Counted from the first letter of the stretch, positions 19,944 through 31,104 are shown. The stretch is 64,000 bases of DNA from Gammaproteobacteria bacterium (GCA_963662545.2 CAXXLL010000002.1:512001-576000); one strand, 5' to 3'. Numbers and translations are program-made. Notes: generated by a model from the sequence alone, not told the origin.

Positions 19944-21626
19944 ATGGCTGAAGTAGTCGCCGCTGACCCTCAAACCCACGTCATGGTCCTGTTGCGGCAG
20001 GCCGGCGTGATGATCGGCCTCGCGGCGAGTGTCGCGCTGGGCTTTTACGTTGTTACGTGGGCGCGCACGCCGAACTTCGCGGTGCTCTATACCGATCTGC
20101 CCGATCGCGACCTGAGCCAGGTGGTCGAAGCGCTGCAAAGCCACGATATTGCGTATCGCATGGACCACCGCGGCGGCGTGATACTCGTCGATTCTGCGCG
20201 TGTGCACGATGCTCGTCTCAAACTGGCATCGGCCGGTCTACCAAAGAGCGCGGACATGGGATTCGAGATGCTGCAGGAGAATCAGGGTTTCGGCACCAGC
20301 CAGTTCCTCGAACAAGCGCGTTATCAACACGCCGTCGAAGGCGAGCTATCGCGTTCGATCTCCCACATCAATAATGTGCGCTCAGCGCGCGTGCATCTGG
20401 CAATACCCAAGCAATCCGCGTTCGCTCGCACCCGCCGCGATCCCTCCGCTTCAGTTATCGTCGATCTGTACAACGGGCGACGGCTCGAACCGCACCAGAG
20501 TGCTGCCATCGTGCATATGGTGTCGGCCGCCGTCCCCGGATTGTCGACGCGAGGCGTTACCGTCATCGATCAGCGCGGTAATCTGTTGACCGATGCTCAC
20601 GGCGGTACCGACGATCTCGCCCTGACGGCGAAGCGATTTGAATACACGCGCCGGCTGGAGAAATCGTACATCAACCGCGTCGAAGCGATCCTTGCGCCGC
20701 TGGTAGGCACTGATGGCGTACATGCCGAGGTGACGGCCGACCTCGATTTTACAGCTACCGAGCAGACGCGGGAAAGCTTCAACCCGGATCTACCGGCCGT
20801 GCGCAGCGAAAGCCTGCTCGTAGAAGAACGTCAAGGCAGCGCGGTTGGGGGTGTTCCCGGCGCATTGACCAATGAGCCCCCAAGTGTCGCTGCAGCCCCG
20901 GAAGTGACGACCGACGTGGAAGAAGGCACCGGCGCTCCGCCCCCGATGCCCAGCAACCGCCGTAACCAGACCACGCGTAATTACGAACTGGATCGCACCA
21001 TCAGCCATACCAAGCCGGCCGTTGGTAGCCTGCGACGCTTGTCGGTCGCGGTCGTTGTTCGGAATCCGACGCCGCCGCCCGCCGCAGGCACGGCAGCGGC
21101 CCAGAGTGCGTCGCCGGAGAGCGAGCCCTTGAGCGAGGCGCAACTCGCACGCATGACCCATCTGGTTAAGGAAGCGATCGGTTTCGATGCGACACGCGGT
21201 GACTCGGTCAGCGTTACCAGCGCCGATTTTCTGAGGCCTGAAACGCCGGAGCCATTACCGGAGCTGCCCATTTGGAAACAGGATTGGGTCTTGAGTGCCG
21301 GCAAGCAGGCCCTCGGCGGCGCATTCGCTCTGTTCATCCTGTTGGGCGTGATTCGCCCGGCGATGAAATCTCTCCTGGCCAAACCGATGCACGTGACGGC
21401 GCTTGCCGGTGGTGCGGGGGCAGGCCTTACCGCTCTCACGCAAGGTGGCGATGCACAAGCCGCCCAACCGATGAAGCCGGCGCTATCGTATGCGGAGCAA
21501 GCGAGCAGTGGTCAGGCGCTACTGCCGTCGGGAGCGGGCGAACCGAGCCTCGATCAGGTCAAGCAATATGTCTCCCAGGATCCCAAGGTGGCAGCACAAG
21601 TAGTCAAGGGCTGGGTTGGAGACTGA
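19944..21626 (+). CDS. fliF: MS-ring protein FliF
   Basis: GFE...FGTSQF.E, EGEL.RSI, ARVHLAIP, NYELDRTI; two TM segments. Confidence 0.96.
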   Translation: MAEVVAADPQTHVMVLLRQAGVMIGLAASVALGFYVVTWARTPNFAVLYTDLPDRDLSQVVEALQSHDIAYRMDHRGGVILVDSARVHDARLKLASAGLPKSADMGFEMLQENQGFGTSQFLEQARYQHAVEGELSRSISHINNVRSARVHLAIPKQSAFARTRRDPSASVIVDLYNGRRLEPHQSAAIVHMVSAAVPGLSTRGVTVIDQRGNLLTDAHGGTDDLALTAKRFEYTRRLEKSYINRVEAILAPLVGTDGVHAEVTADLDFTATEQTRESFNPDLPAVRSESLLVEERQGSAVGGVPGALTNEPPSVAAAPEVTTDVEEGTGAPPPMPSNRRNQTTRNYELDRTISHTKPAVGSLRRLSVAVVVRNPTPPPAAGTAAAQSASPESEPLSEAQLARMTHLVKEAIGFDATRGDSVSVTSADFLRPETPEPLPELPIWKQDWVLSAGKQALGGAFALFILLGVIRPAMKSLLAKPMHVTALAGGAGAGLTALTQGGDAQAAQPMKPALSYAEQASSGQALLPSGAGEPSLDQVKQYVSQDPKVAAQVVKGWVGD

Positions 21627-21651
21627 ACATTCATTCACGAAAGGAAGATTA

Positions 21652-22656
21652 ATGGCTGAACAATCCAAGGGGCTGGACGGCGCGCAGAAAGCGGCCATTT
21701 TCCTGATGACAGTCGGCGAGGGAGCCGCAGCCGAGGTTATGAGGCATCTCGGTCCGCGCGAAGTGCAGAAAATCGGTACGGCAATGTCCGGGCTCGAAGT
21801 CGTGTCTCCACAGAACGTCGACAGCGCCATGATCGATTTTATGAAGTCAGTAAAGCAAAGTACCGGTATCGGTATCGGCACGGAGGACTACATCCGTAAC
21901 GTACTGACGAACGCGCTCGGCGAAGACAAAGCCGGCGGCATGATCGATCGCATCCTGCTCGGCGGCCATACCAAGGGTTTTGAGTCGCTCAAGTGGATGG
22001 ATGCTCGGACTATCGTTGATTTGATTAACTTTGAGCACCCGCAAATAATCGCCATCGTCTTCAGCTATCTCGACAGCGATCAGGCGGCCGAGGTCCTAAG
22101 CTTACTTTCCGAAAGCGTGCGTTCAGACCTACTCTTGCGGGTCGCGACGATGGACGGCGTCCAACCTGCGGCAATGAAGGAATTGAACGACGTGCTCGAA
22201 TCTCAGCTACGCGGCGGAGCGGCCAGCGGTCAATCAACGCTCGGCGGCGTCAAATGCGCGGCAGAGATCCTGAACTATGTCGAGCGCGACGTCGAAGCGA
22301 AGATCAACGATCACATCGTCGGAGTCGACGCCGATCTCGCAGAGCGAATTCAAGATCTCATGTTCACTTTCGAAAACATCGTGGACATCGACGACCGCGG
22401 TGTCCAGGCGCTGCTGCGCGAGGTCTCAACCGAGAATCTCGTACTCGCGCTCAAGGGCACCGACGATTCCATTCAGGAAAAAATATTCGCCAACATGTCC
22501 CAGCGCGCAGGCGATATGCTGCGCGACGATCTTGAGGCAAAGGGGCCGGTGAAGGTGTCCGAAGTTGAGGCGGCGCAGAAGGAAATCCTGGGTATTGCCC
22601 GGCGGCTTGCCGATGAAGGCCAGATCAGTCTCGGCGGCGGCGAGGAAATGATCTAG
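21652..22656 (+). CDS. fliG: Motor switch protein FliG
   Basis: KAAI.L, EHPQIIA, MF.FE, NMS.RA, GPVK.SEVE.AQKEI. Confidence 0.96.
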   Translation: MAEQSKGLDGAQKAAIFLMTVGEGAAAEVMRHLGPREVQKIGTAMSGLEVVSPQNVDSAMIDFMKSVKQSTGIGIGTEDYIRNVLTNALGEDKAGGMIDRILLGGHTKGFESLKWMDARTIVDLINFEHPQIIAIVFSYLDSDQAAEVLSLLSESVRSDLLLRVATMDGVQPAAMKELNDVLESQLRGGAASGQSTLGGVKCAAEILNYVERDVEAKINDHIVGVDADLAERIQDLMFTFENIVDIDDRGVQALLREVSTENLVLALKGTDDSIQEKIFANMSQRAGDMLRDDLEAKGPVKVSEVEAAQKEILGIARRLADEGQISLGGGEEMI

Positions 22657-22738
22657 TGTGCCGACCGTCCGCGCCGGCTCTGCGCCGACCGTGTGGACCG
22701 CCTGACATCCGTTCGTCACTTACTCCAGAGCCCAGCGA

Positions 22739-23386
22739 ATGATTGACGAGGCGGAGAGCTCAGGCATCGATGAGGTGACGGCGTACGAACTGCCAAACGT
22801 CGAGGGCATGATCCAAGGTGAGTTCGAAGGCAGCGCGAGTATGCCGACGGCGCGGCAACTGGAGGCCATGCACCGGCACGCCTATGCGGAAGGCTTCGCC
22901 GCCGGAGAAAAGGACGGCTGCGCCGCCGGCGAGCAGCGGGCGGCGGCCGACGTCGAACAGCGCATCGCCGTACTCGACGGCATCCTGCAGGATCTGTCCG
23001 CGCCGCTGGCCATACTCGATCACGAGTTGGTGGAATCCGTTGCGAACCTGGCGCTCTTGATCGCGCGGCATCTCGTGCGCCGTGAACTCAAGGCCAAACC
23101 CGGAGAAGTGATCGCCGTCGTGCGCGAGACCATCAAGCATCTGCCGGTCGCCAGCCGGGGTACGACCCTGCATCTCAATCCAGAGGATGTGAAGCTGGTG
23201 CGCGAAGCCCTGGCACTTGGCAACGATGCACTCGACTGGCGTCTCGAGGCCGATCCCCTCATCGCGCGCGGGGGTTGTATTGTCGAGACGGAGACATCAC
23301 GCATCGACGCCTCGGTGGAAACCCGCCTGGCGGCGATAGCATCGAAGATGTTCGGCGGCGAACGCGAAAGTGATCGCGAAGCATAA
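22739..23386 (+). CDS. fliH: Export apparatus protein FliH
   Basis: AY.EGF..G...G repeats, LNPED, RGGC.VET....IDAS.E.R. Confidence 0.93.
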   Translation: MIDEAESSGIDEVTAYELPNVEGMIQGEFEGSASMPTARQLEAMHRHAYAEGFAAGEKDGCAAGEQRAAADVEQRIAVLDGILQDLSAPLAILDHELVESVANLALLIARHLVRRELKAKPGEVIAVVRETIKHLPVASRGTTLHLNPEDVKLVREALALGNDALDWRLEADPLIARGGCIVETETSRIDASVETRLAAIASKMFGGERESDREA

Positions 23387-23387
23387 A

Positions 23388-23549
23388 GGAACCTCTGAAT
23401 AAGTCATGGCCCATCTGCCTTGCCCATGAAATCGCGGCGCCTTACGTTACGGACCTTGCCCATAGTCCCCGCTGTGGCCGGCGCTTCGTGTCTTGATCTG
23501 TACCATTGCATGAACCATTCAGATGCACCATGACTTATTCAGAGGTGCC
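23388..23549. mobile_element. 162-bp MITE, copy 1 (IS5-like ends)
   Basis: IRs GGAACCTCTGAATAAGTCATGG ... CCATGACTTATTCAGAGGTGCC; 4-bp duplication TAAA overlapping the fliH stop. Confidence 0.85.
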
Positions 23550-23591
23550 TAAAGCTCCTTGCCCGCAAGAGAACAAAGTCGAATCGAACTC

Positions 23592-24968
23592 GTGACCAAT
23601 CAACCAAGCAACGCGCAGCGCTGGACCGCACCGCTCAAGACCTATTTCGAGCGTCTGAGCGAACCGCCGGCCTTGATCGTCGAAGGTAAGTTGTCGCGCA
23701 TGATTGGACTGACCCTGGAAGCCGTTGGCTGCCAGGCGGCCATCGGTGATCGCTGCCGGGTGTTCAATCCCAACGGCACCGATGTCGATGCCGAAGTCGT
23801 CGGCTTTTCCGGAGAGAGGTTGTTCTTGATGCCCACGGGTTCGCCGCACGGGCTCGCTCCAAATGCACGCGTGATCCCGATCGGCGGAGCCGGTGAAATC
23901 GGGGTCGGCGAAGCGCTTTTGGGTCGGGTGCTGGATGGCTCGGGCCAACCGCTAGACGGCCGCGGCGCCCTCGAGTTCGATCACAAGCGCCCGCTCTACG
24001 GCGAGACGATGAACCCGCTGGAGCGCGAGCTGATCACCGATTGCCTGGACGTGGGTGTGCGATCCATCAACGCTCTGCTCACTGTGGGACGTGGCCAGCG
24101 CCTGGGGCTATTCGCGCCGAGCGGCGTCGGCAAGAGCGTCTTGCTTGGCATGATGACGCGATTCACCGATGCCGACGTCATCGTCGTCGGTCTCGTCGGC
24201 GAGCGTGGCCGGGAGGTCAAGGAGTTCATCGATCAGATCTTGGGACCCGCAGGGCTCGCGCGGTCGGTCGTGGTCGCGACGCCGGCCGACAATCCGCCGC
24301 TGATGCGCCTCCACTGCGCCGCTATCGCCACGAGTATCGCGGAATATTTCAGAGACACCGGACGCCACGTGCTGTTGCTCATGGATTCGCTCACCCGTTA
24401 CGCCCAGGCGCAACGTGAAATTGCTCTGACCATCGGTGAACCACCAGCGACACGCGGTTTTCCACCATCGGTCTTTGCCCGCTTGCCACAGTTGGTGGAA
24501 CGCGCCGGTACCGGACTCGCCGGCCAAGGATCGATCACGGCCATCTACACGGTATTGACCGAGGCGGACGACCCGAACGACCCCATCGCCGAAGCCGCCC
24601 GCGCGATACTAGACGGGCACATCGTACTATCGCAACGCCTGGCCGAACGCGGGATCTATCCCGCGATCGACATCGAAGCGTCCATCAGCCGCACGATGCC
24701 GCAGATTACAGGAGAATCCCATCAGAAATACGCCAAGGCGTTGCGCTATTTCCATGCGCTTTACGAACAAAACGCAGATCTGTTCAGCGTCGGCGCGTAC
24801 CAGCACGGTACCAGCGTGGAACTCGATACTGCGGTGGACATGCGCCCTGCGATCATGGAATTTCTGAGCCAGGATATGCGAGTAGCGGTGGATTACGATA
24901 CCGCAGTGGCAGCACTTGCGAGCGTGACCGGGGGCGACGTCATCGACGCCGCTGCTACTGTCTCGTGA
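23592..24968 (+). CDS. fliI: Flagellar export ATPase FliI
   Basis: FAPSGVGKS P-loop, GERGREV, DSLTRYA.AQREI, ILDGHIVLS. Confidence 0.96.
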   Translation: MTNQPSNAQRWTAPLKTYFERLSEPPALIVEGKLSRMIGLTLEAVGCQAAIGDRCRVFNPNGTDVDAEVVGFSGERLFLMPTGSPHGLAPNARVIPIGGAGEIGVGEALLGRVLDGSGQPLDGRGALEFDHKRPLYGETMNPLERELITDCLDVGVRSINALLTVGRGQRLGLFAPSGVGKSVLLGMMTRFTDADVIVVGLVGERGREVKEFIDQILGPAGLARSVVVATPADNPPLMRLHCAAIATSIAEYFRDTGRHVLLLMDSLTRYAQAQREIALTIGEPPATRGFPPSVFARLPQLVERAGTGLAGQGSITAIYTVLTEADDPNDPIAEAARAILDGHIVLSQRLAERGIYPAIDIEASISRTMPQITGESHQKYAKALRYFHALYEQNADLFSVGAYQHGTSVELDTAVDMRPAIMEFLSQDMRVAVDYDTAVAALASVTGGDVIDAAATVS

Positions 24969-25396
24969 CGCGCTCGCAACGTCTCAAACGGATCACGAAG
25001 CTGGCCGTTCTCGCCGAGCAGACCGCGTCACAAAGGCTGTCGAACTCGGTCCGCAAACACGACGAAGATCTGCAGCGCCTCGAAGAGTTCCGGAACTATC
25101 AACGTGAATACAACGAAACGCTGGGTCATAAAGCCGCGATAATGAGCGCTCATTCGGCGCGTGAGCTGAAACGGTTCATCGGCCAGCTCGAGCGGACCAT
25201 CTCCGCGCTCGAGGAACATGTCACTCGGTCCGGGGGAGAATGCGATTCGGATCAGACAGTATGGCGCGAGAAATCACGTCGGGCCCGCGCGCTTGCCGAC
25301 GTCTTCGATCGATCCCGACGCCAAGACGATCGGCGCGAGAATCACGTGACACAACATGAAATGGACGACCGCGCGGCGTCGAAACGTAAAGAATGA
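24965..25396 (+). CDS. fliJ: Export protein FliJ
   Basis: Coiled coil, coupled to fliI, C-terminal Q.EMDD.A. Confidence 0.85.
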   Translation: MTRSQRLKRITKLAVLAEQTASQRLSNSVRKHDEDLQRLEEFRNYQREYNETLGHKAAIMSAHSARELKRFIGQLERTISALEEHVTRSGGECDSDQTVWREKSRRARALADVFDRSRRQDDRRENHVTQHEMDDRAASKRKE

Positions 25397-25461
25397 CGCG
25401 TAATTTCCGTCGGGCTGTTGGCCCGCCAATTGCAAAGGCGACGGCGGTTGCTCAGGGAAGT

Positions 25462-26466
25462 TCAGTTTCTGGCGACGCCGATAGACGACACGCCCGATCG
25501 TGAGATCAGATCCTCGAAGTACTGAATGGTTCGGGCAAGACCCTCGCGCAGTTCGACCCGCGGTGTCCAGTCAAGTATTTCTTTTGCGCGGGTGATGTCC
25601 GGCTGGCGTTGTTTGGGATCGTCCGTTGGCAGCGATTCGTTGATAATCTTGGTTTTCGATCCAGTCATCTCAACGATCATATCGGCAAGTTCGATTATCG
25701 TGAATTCGTGTGGATTACCGAGGTTGACCGGACCCGTGATCTCGGGGCCCGATTCCATCAGACTGGTCAGCCCCGCTATCAAGTCGTCAACAAAACAGAA
25801 CGAGCGCGTCTGAGAACCGTCACCGTAAATTGTAATCGGTTGATTCGTCAGAGCTTGAACGATGAAATTCGAAACCACGCGCCCGTCATTCGGATGCATG
25901 CGCGGGCCGTAGGTGTTGAAGATCCGTGCTACCTTGATTTGGACTGAATGCTGGCGGTGGTAGTCAAAGAACAGCGTCTCCGCGCAGCGCTTTCCTTCGT
26001 CATAGCAGGCCCGCGGCCCGATCGGATTCGTGTGACCCCAGTAGCTTTCCGGTTGCGGATGAACAGCCGGGTCACCATAAATCTCGCTGGTAGACGCCTG
26101 TAGAATTCGTGCCTTGATCCGTTTTGCGAGCCCCAGCATGTTGATGGCGCCGTGCACGCTGGTCTTGGTCGTTTGCACGGGATCGAATTGATAATGTACG
26201 GGCGATGCCGGACACGCGAGGTTATATATCTCATCAGCCTCGACGTATAGTGGGAACGTGATGTCTTGGCGCATCAACTCGAAAAACGGGTTGTTGAGCA
26301 AATGAATCAGGTTGTCCTTGGATCCCGTATAGAAATTGTCCACGCACAGCACGTCATGCCCGCGTGCGATCAGCTTATCGCACAGGTGTGATCCGAGAAA
26401 ACCGGCGCCGCCGGTCACCAGAATGCGTTTACGCGTGGCCGTGGGGAGGTGCGAAGATTGATTCAG
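25462..26466 (-). CDS. UDP-glucuronate decarboxylase (UDP-xylose synthase, extended SDR)
   Basis: [47 protein letters not shown]; apparent CTG start at 26466 after GAGGAG. Confidence 0.92.
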   Translation of the reverse strand: MNQSSHLPTATRKRILVTGGAGFLGSHLCDKLIARGHDVLCVDNFYTGSKDNLIHLLNNPFFELMRQDITFPLYVEADEIYNLACPASPVHYQFDPVQTTKTSVHGAINMLGLAKRIKARILQASTSEIYGDPAVHPQPESYWGHTNPIGPRACYDEGKRCAETLFFDYHRQHSVQIKVARIFNTYGPRMHPNDGRVVSNFIVQALTNQPITIYGDGSQTRSFCFVDDLIAGLTSLMESGPEITGPVNLGNPHEFTIIELADMIVEMTGSKTKIINESLPTDDPKQRQPDITRAKEILDWTPRVELREGLARTIQYFEDLISRSGVSSIGVARN

Positions 26467-26574
26467 CGTAATTCTCCTCGTTGAGTGTCACGCTTGGAGC
26501 GTGACGTCACGATTTTACGTCGGGACGCAGAATTCTCCACACGCCCTACGGGATTCGATTGAATCTCGACAATC

Positions 26575-26590
26575 TGGCACGACGATTGCT
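26575..26590 (+). promoter_or_regulatory. sigma54 promoter of fliK
   Basis: TGGCACGACGATTGCT. Confidence 0.75.
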
Positions 26591-26637
26591 CTCTCCCGGT
26601 AACCATCGGCAAAACTCCGCTGGTTATCGAATTCATT

Positions 26638-27651
26638 ATGGAACAAATACCCATCGTCATACCGGGCCTAAACGACGTGCAGGGGCTGCATTCCGGCTCG
26701 CTATCGGTTGCGCAAGGCATTGAAATCAATGAATTTGGCGTCTTCATTGCTGAATTTTCCTCGATCGCGGCCGAAATTGATGTAGCGGGCCGTCCGCACA
26801 GCGATACGCCGCTCGCAAGGGATGGTCCCGACGAGCACGGCGGTGACGTCTTGCCGCCCGTGCGGCCGGCTCTTGCCTTTTTGCTACCGGCGGCACTCGG
26901 CGCGATAAGGCCACCGACGGAGGTCGTCGCGGTCGACCACACAAATTCGACGCGCGGCGCCCACTCGACATCTTTATCTTCGATCGATCGGGCAAATAAA
27001 GAGATGGCTGGAAAGCGTCTGGGCGCGTCGCGTAGTTCAGGTCTGAACATCATCGTGCCCCTGACGGAACCGGGCAGTGGCCGCGACCGCGAAGACTTGG
27101 TCGAGATCAAGACGGGAGGTGAAAACGGCCGTGTTGCCACGACCTACCATACGTCTTCGGATCCGACCTCGCCCGCGTCGCTGCATAAGCCCCTGGACTT
27201 TCTGAGCACGATGAATGGAACAACGGCCAAACTTCCGTCCCTGCCCCTTGAACAGCCCGCGGTATTTGCCGAACGCCTGAGTCAGAGTATCTCTGTGATG
27301 CTGACCCACAATGCGCAGCATGCACGGATCGCAGTAACACCGCCCGAACTCGGACCGGTGGACGTGCACGTTACGGTGACCGGGGAAGAAGCGACCGTGC
27401 GGTTGATTTCACCGCTCGCGGCGACGCGCGAAGCGCTCGAAGATGCCCTGCCGCGCCTGCGAATTTTGTTTGCCGACAGCGGCCTCTCGCTGGGTCACGC
27501 CGGCGTTTTCGCCGAGACGCCGGGGCGCGGACACACCGTGCCTGCAGACGGAGACGACGACCCGATGTCCGGCACGACGGGGGCTGCATCGCTCGACGAT
27601 GCCCGCGGGCGTATCCGCATGAAACTCGGCTTGATCGACCAGTTCGTCTAA
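26638..27651 (+). CDS. fliK: Hook-length control protein FliK
   Basis: C-terminal T3S4 domain A.I...PPELG.V.V...TREALE..LPRLR..F...GL.L; ends GLIDQFV. Confidence 0.88.
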   Translation: MEQIPIVIPGLNDVQGLHSGSLSVAQGIEINEFGVFIAEFSSIAAEIDVAGRPHSDTPLARDGPDEHGGDVLPPVRPALAFLLPAALGAIRPPTEVVAVDHTNSTRGAHSTSLSSIDRANKEMAGKRLGASRSSGLNIIVPLTEPGSGRDREDLVEIKTGGENGRVATTYHTSSDPTSPASLHKPLDFLSTMNGTTAKLPSLPLEQPAVFAERLSQSISVMLTHNAQHARIAVTPPELGPVDVHVTVTGEEATVRLISPLAATREALEDALPRLRILFADSGLSLGHAGVFAETPGRGHTVPADGDDDPMSGTTGAASLDDARGRIRMKLGLIDQFV

Positions 27652-27927
27652 CATTAAGAACTGACGGAAAGCTGTCACCGTGATGCCGTACAGGGCTCTA
27701 TTCTGTCAAGAACTTGGCATGACTATCCGCAGGCGCTCTTCCTGACTCGGCTGAAAAACAAGGATTCGCGCACCGGTTTTTCTGACTCCAGATTTCGTGT
27801 TGCACCCGAAGGCGGTGCGATTGAGTCACGAAATCAACAACCTAGCAGCACGAATTTCACGACCCGTCTGTGCCGCGCCGGTACATCACCCACATCGCTC
27901 GTCGTTTCTACCGTCAATGCTCGACAC

Positions 27928-27943
27928 TGGCATGCCGTTTGCA
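27928..27943 (+). promoter_or_regulatory. sigma54 promoter of the fliL operon
   Basis: TGGCATGCCGTTTGCA followed by RBS GAGGAG. Confidence 0.8.
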
Positions 27944-27977
27944 CTTCTCGACACGGACAGTTTTGAGGAGTCTTTCC

Positions 27978-28475
27978 ATGGCCGAGGAGATCGTCGAACA
28001 AGCCCCGCAAACTGGCGGCGGCAAAAAAAAGCTCATCATCATTATCGCGGCATCCACCCTGATCATCATCGCCGCCGCCGTCGGCGTCTCGATGGCGCTC
28101 AGCGGCGGTGACGAGAATACCGAAGCCGGAGCGCAGGACGAACCCAAGCAACCCGAGTTCATTTACGTCGATATCAATCCGGAGTTCGTCATCAACCTGG
28201 TTGATAAGAACAACCGGCCGAAATTTCTGAAGGCTGAAATGTCGGTGGCGACGACGGATCCGGATGTGGAGGAAGCCGTCGCGCTGCACATGCCAGCCAT
28301 CCGCAACAGCCTGGTACTGCTCCTCAGCCGGCAGGTCTATGACAACCTCATACCCCACGAGGGCAAGGAGCAACTCCGCGCGCAGGCGCTCGCCGAGGTC
28401 CAGGCCGTACTTGAGGCCCGCATCGGAAGCTCCGGTGTCGACGAGCTCTACTTTTCCAACTTCGTCATGCACTAG
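27978..28475 (+). CDS. fliL: FliL
   Basis: KKKLIII TM segment, FVINL, H.P.IR, EGKE.LR, F..FV. Confidence 0.92.
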   Translation: MAEEIVEQAPQTGGGKKKLIIIIAASTLIIIAAAVGVSMALSGGDENTEAGAQDEPKQPEFIYVDINPEFVINLVDKNNRPKFLKAEMSVATTDPDVEEAVALHMPAIRNSLVLLLSRQVYDNLIPHEGKEQLRAQALAEVQAVLEARIGSSGVDELYFSNFVMH

Positions 28476-28486
28476 GCGTCGAGTCG

Positions 28487-29473
28487 ATGGCGGACACAGA
28501 TCTCTTATCGCAGGATGAAATCGACGCGCTTCTATCGGGGGTCGACAGCGGCGATGTCGGCGCCGAAATAGAGGCGCCAGTCGACGCCGGAGACGCGCAG
28601 ACATACGACTTCACCAGTCAGGACCGTATCGTGCGCGGGCGCATGCCCAACCTCGAGATGATTAACGAACGTTTCGCGCGGGATCTACGCCAGAGCTTGA
28701 TGAACATGGTACGACGTTCGCCTAGCATATCGTTCGAAGGGCTGCAATTCAGTAAGTTCGGGGAATATGTTCAGACCCTGGTAGTGCCCTCCAACCTGAA
28801 TCTCTTTCACATGAAGCCGTTGAAGGGGCCCGGCCTGATCGTCTGCAACCCCAAACTCGTATTCTCGATTGTCGACTGCTTTTTCGGTGGTGAGGGACGC
28901 TTCAGCGGCCGTGCAGAAGGTCGTGATTTCACGATCACCGAAATGCGTATCATCCGCAAGTTCATCGACATCGTGTTCCGGGACCTCGTCGAGGCTTGGG
29001 AGCCGATCATGCCGGTCGAATTCGAGTACGTCGATTCCGAGGTCAATCCCCAGTTCACGAACATCGTTACGTCGAGTGAGATCGTACTCGTTTCAAACTT
29101 TCACATCGATCTCGAAGGCGGCTCGGGTTTCATGCATATCGTCTTGCCTTACTCCATGGTCGAACCAATACGCGATCTGCTCGATTCGGGTGCGCACAAC
29201 GACGGGATCGAGAAAGACGAACTTTGGAGCGAGATCCTGTGCGAAGAGATCAAGTCCGCTAAGGTCAACCTCAATGCAACCCTGACTCATGCGGAACTAA
29301 CCTTGGCCGAAGTTCTAAACTTTAAGCCCGGCGATATCTTCCCGATCGAACTTCCTCAAACCGTCGTCGCGTGCGTTGACGACATCCCGGTATTTCGAGC
29401 TACGTACGGCGCAGCACGCGGCAACGTCGCGCTGAAAGTCGTCGAACCCATTCTCCACGGTGAACTACTGTGA
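28487..29473 (+). CDS. fliM: Motor switch protein FliM
   Basis: LLSQDEIDALL CheY-binding peptide, YDF..QDRIVRGRMP.LEMINERFAR, FGG.G. Confidence 0.96.
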   Translation: MADTDLLSQDEIDALLSGVDSGDVGAEIEAPVDAGDAQTYDFTSQDRIVRGRMPNLEMINERFARDLRQSLMNMVRRSPSISFEGLQFSKFGEYVQTLVVPSNLNLFHMKPLKGPGLIVCNPKLVFSIVDCFFGGEGRFSGRAEGRDFTITEMRIIRKFIDIVFRDLVEAWEPIMPVEFEYVDSEVNPQFTNIVTSSEIVLVSNFHIDLEGGSGFMHIVLPYSMVEPIRDLLDSGAHNDGIEKDELWSEILCEEIKSAKVNLNATLTHAELTLAEVLNFKPGDIFPIELPQTVVACVDDIPVFRATYGAARGNVALKVVEPILHGELL

Positions 29474-29497
29474 GAATAATGCCTACGGAGCAATCAA

Positions 29498-29941
29498 ATG
29501 AGTGAATCAGAAGTGGCAACCATCGATGAACAGGTCGATGACGCGGTGCCCCCTGCGCCCGATGATGATGGCCTCGACAGTGCCCCAAAGGCAGCGGAGG
29601 GAGCCGCGGTCGATGACGAAGCGGCCGCTGTTGCGCCCGCCGCCATGGACGATCTCGTGCCTGACGACGTCCCTCAGCAAGACGGCGCCCTCGACAATAT
29701 TCTCGATATCTCGGTTACCCTCGCCGTCGAGATTGGAAGTACGCTGATTCCAATTCGAAATCTCCTTCAATTTAATCGGGGTTCGGTCGTCGAACTCGAT
29801 CGGCTGGCTGGCGAACCGCTGGACGTGCTCGTCAACGGTACGCTCATTGCTCACGGCGAGGTCGTGGTGGTCAACGAGAAGTTCGGTATCCGCTTGACGG
29901 ACGTCGTAAGCGCACGGGAACGCGTGCGCAAACTCCAGTGA
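29498..29941 (+). CDS. fliN: Motor switch protein FliN
   Basis: GSVVELDRLAGEPLDVLVNG.LIAHGEVVVVN.KFGIR. Confidence 0.96.
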   Translation: MSESEVATIDEQVDDAVPPAPDDDGLDSAPKAAEGAAVDDEAAAVAPAAMDDLVPDDVPQQDGALDNILDISVTLAVEIGSTLIPIRNLLQFNRGSVVELDRLAGEPLDVLVNGTLIAHGEVVVVNEKFGIRLTDVVSARERVRKLQ

Positions 29942-29953
29942 CCGGCGATCGTT

Positions 29954-30370
29954 GTGTGCGTAACCTCACGGCATAAAGCGGCCCGCTCCTGGTCGCTCGT
30001 GATTGCCACTGCGCAAGCGTCGCCATGCGCGTGGGCTGATGGCGGCATTCGGCTGGGGTCCGATCAGGCGCTGCAGGTTTTGGCGGGGCTCGCGATCGTC
30101 CTAGCGCTGATTGCCGCCGTCGCCTGGCTGACCCGGCGCCTGCATCGCCTGAGGTCGCCGGGCAGCGGCCATATTCGCATCATCGAAGGTTTGTCGCTCG
30201 GCGCGCGCGAAAAGCTATTACTGATCCAGGTCGACGACCGCCGCGTACTGATCGGGATGTGCCCCGGCCGCATCGCGACCTTGCACGCGTTTCCCGCCGA
30301 TGAACAGCCATTGAATTTCGGGCAAACGCTGGCCGGAGTCGAGCGCGGCGATACGGACGCGGCCGCATGA
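29954..30370 (+). CDS. fliO: FliO
   Basis: TM segment plus [14 protein letters not shown]. Confidence 0.88.
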   Translation: MCVTSRHKAARSWSLVIATAQASPCAWADGGIRLGSDQALQVLAGLAIVLALIAAVAWLTRRLHRLRSPGSGHIRIIEGLSLGAREKLLLIQVDDRRVLIGMCPGRIATLHAFPADEQPLNFGQTLAGVERGDTDAAA

Positions 30371-31104
30371 CGCGAACCATCGTTTTGATCCTGTGTCTCA
30401 GCCTGCCCGGGCTCGTCGCGGCGCAAAGTGGATTCGACGCGGTATCCGTGACGACCAACGGCGACGGCTCGCAGACCTACACGCTGACTCTGCAGGTCCT
30501 CATTCTGATGACCGCCTTGACACTGCTGCCGGCGATCGTTCTCGCCATGACTTCGTTCACACGCATCATCATCGTGCTTGCGATCCTGCGCCAGGCGCTG
30601 GGCACGACGCAAACGCCGTCCAACCAGGTACTCCTCGGCCTCGCCATGTTCATGACCTTCTTCATCATGGCGCCGGTGCTCGACCAGGTGCATCGCGACG
30701 CGGTGACTCCGTACCTAGAGGACGAGCTCAAAGTCGGCGAGGCGCTTGCTCGCGCAGCAGTACCTGTTCGGAATTTCATGACCGAACAAACACGTGAATC
30801 CGATCTGGCGCTCTTTGCCGAACTGGCCGGCGACGAACCTTACCAGGGCCCGGACGACGTGCCGTTCTCGGTGCTCGCGCCGTCGTTCATCACGAGTGAA
30901 CTCAAGACGGCGTTTCAAATTGGATTCTTGATCTTTCTTCCTTTTCTCATCATCGACCTGGTGGTCGCAAGCGTGCTGATGTCGATGGGCATGATGATGC
31001 TCTCGCCGCTGATCATCTCGCTGCCGTTCAAGATCATGCTGTTCGTGCTGGTCGACGGCTGGGCCTTGATCGTGGGCATGCTCGCAGCGAGTTTCTATGC
31101 ATGA
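30367..31104 (+). CDS. fliP: FliP
   Basis: [38 protein letters not shown]. Confidence 0.97.
   Translation: MTRTIVLILCLSLPGLVAAQSGFDAVSVTTNGDGSQTYTLTLQVLILMTALTLLPAIVLAMTSFTRIIIVLAILRQALGTTQTPSNQVLLGLAMFMTFFIMAPVLDQVHRDAVTPYLEDELKVGEALARAAVPVRNFMTEQTRESDLALFAELAGDEPYQGPDDVPFSVLAPSFITSELKTAFQIGFLIFLPFLIIDLVVASVLMSMGMMMLSPLIISLPFKIMLFVLVDGWALIVGMLAASFYA

Noticed and set aside
22654-22738. TAGTGTGCCG (MITE-end-like) and a short GCCGACCGT repeat after fliG
   Set aside because: No partner inverted end; too short to call
27660-27930. Candidate FleQ boxes (e.g. GTCAAGAACTTGGC) upstream of fliL
   Set aside because: Only imperfect matches; cannot be supported without a motif scan
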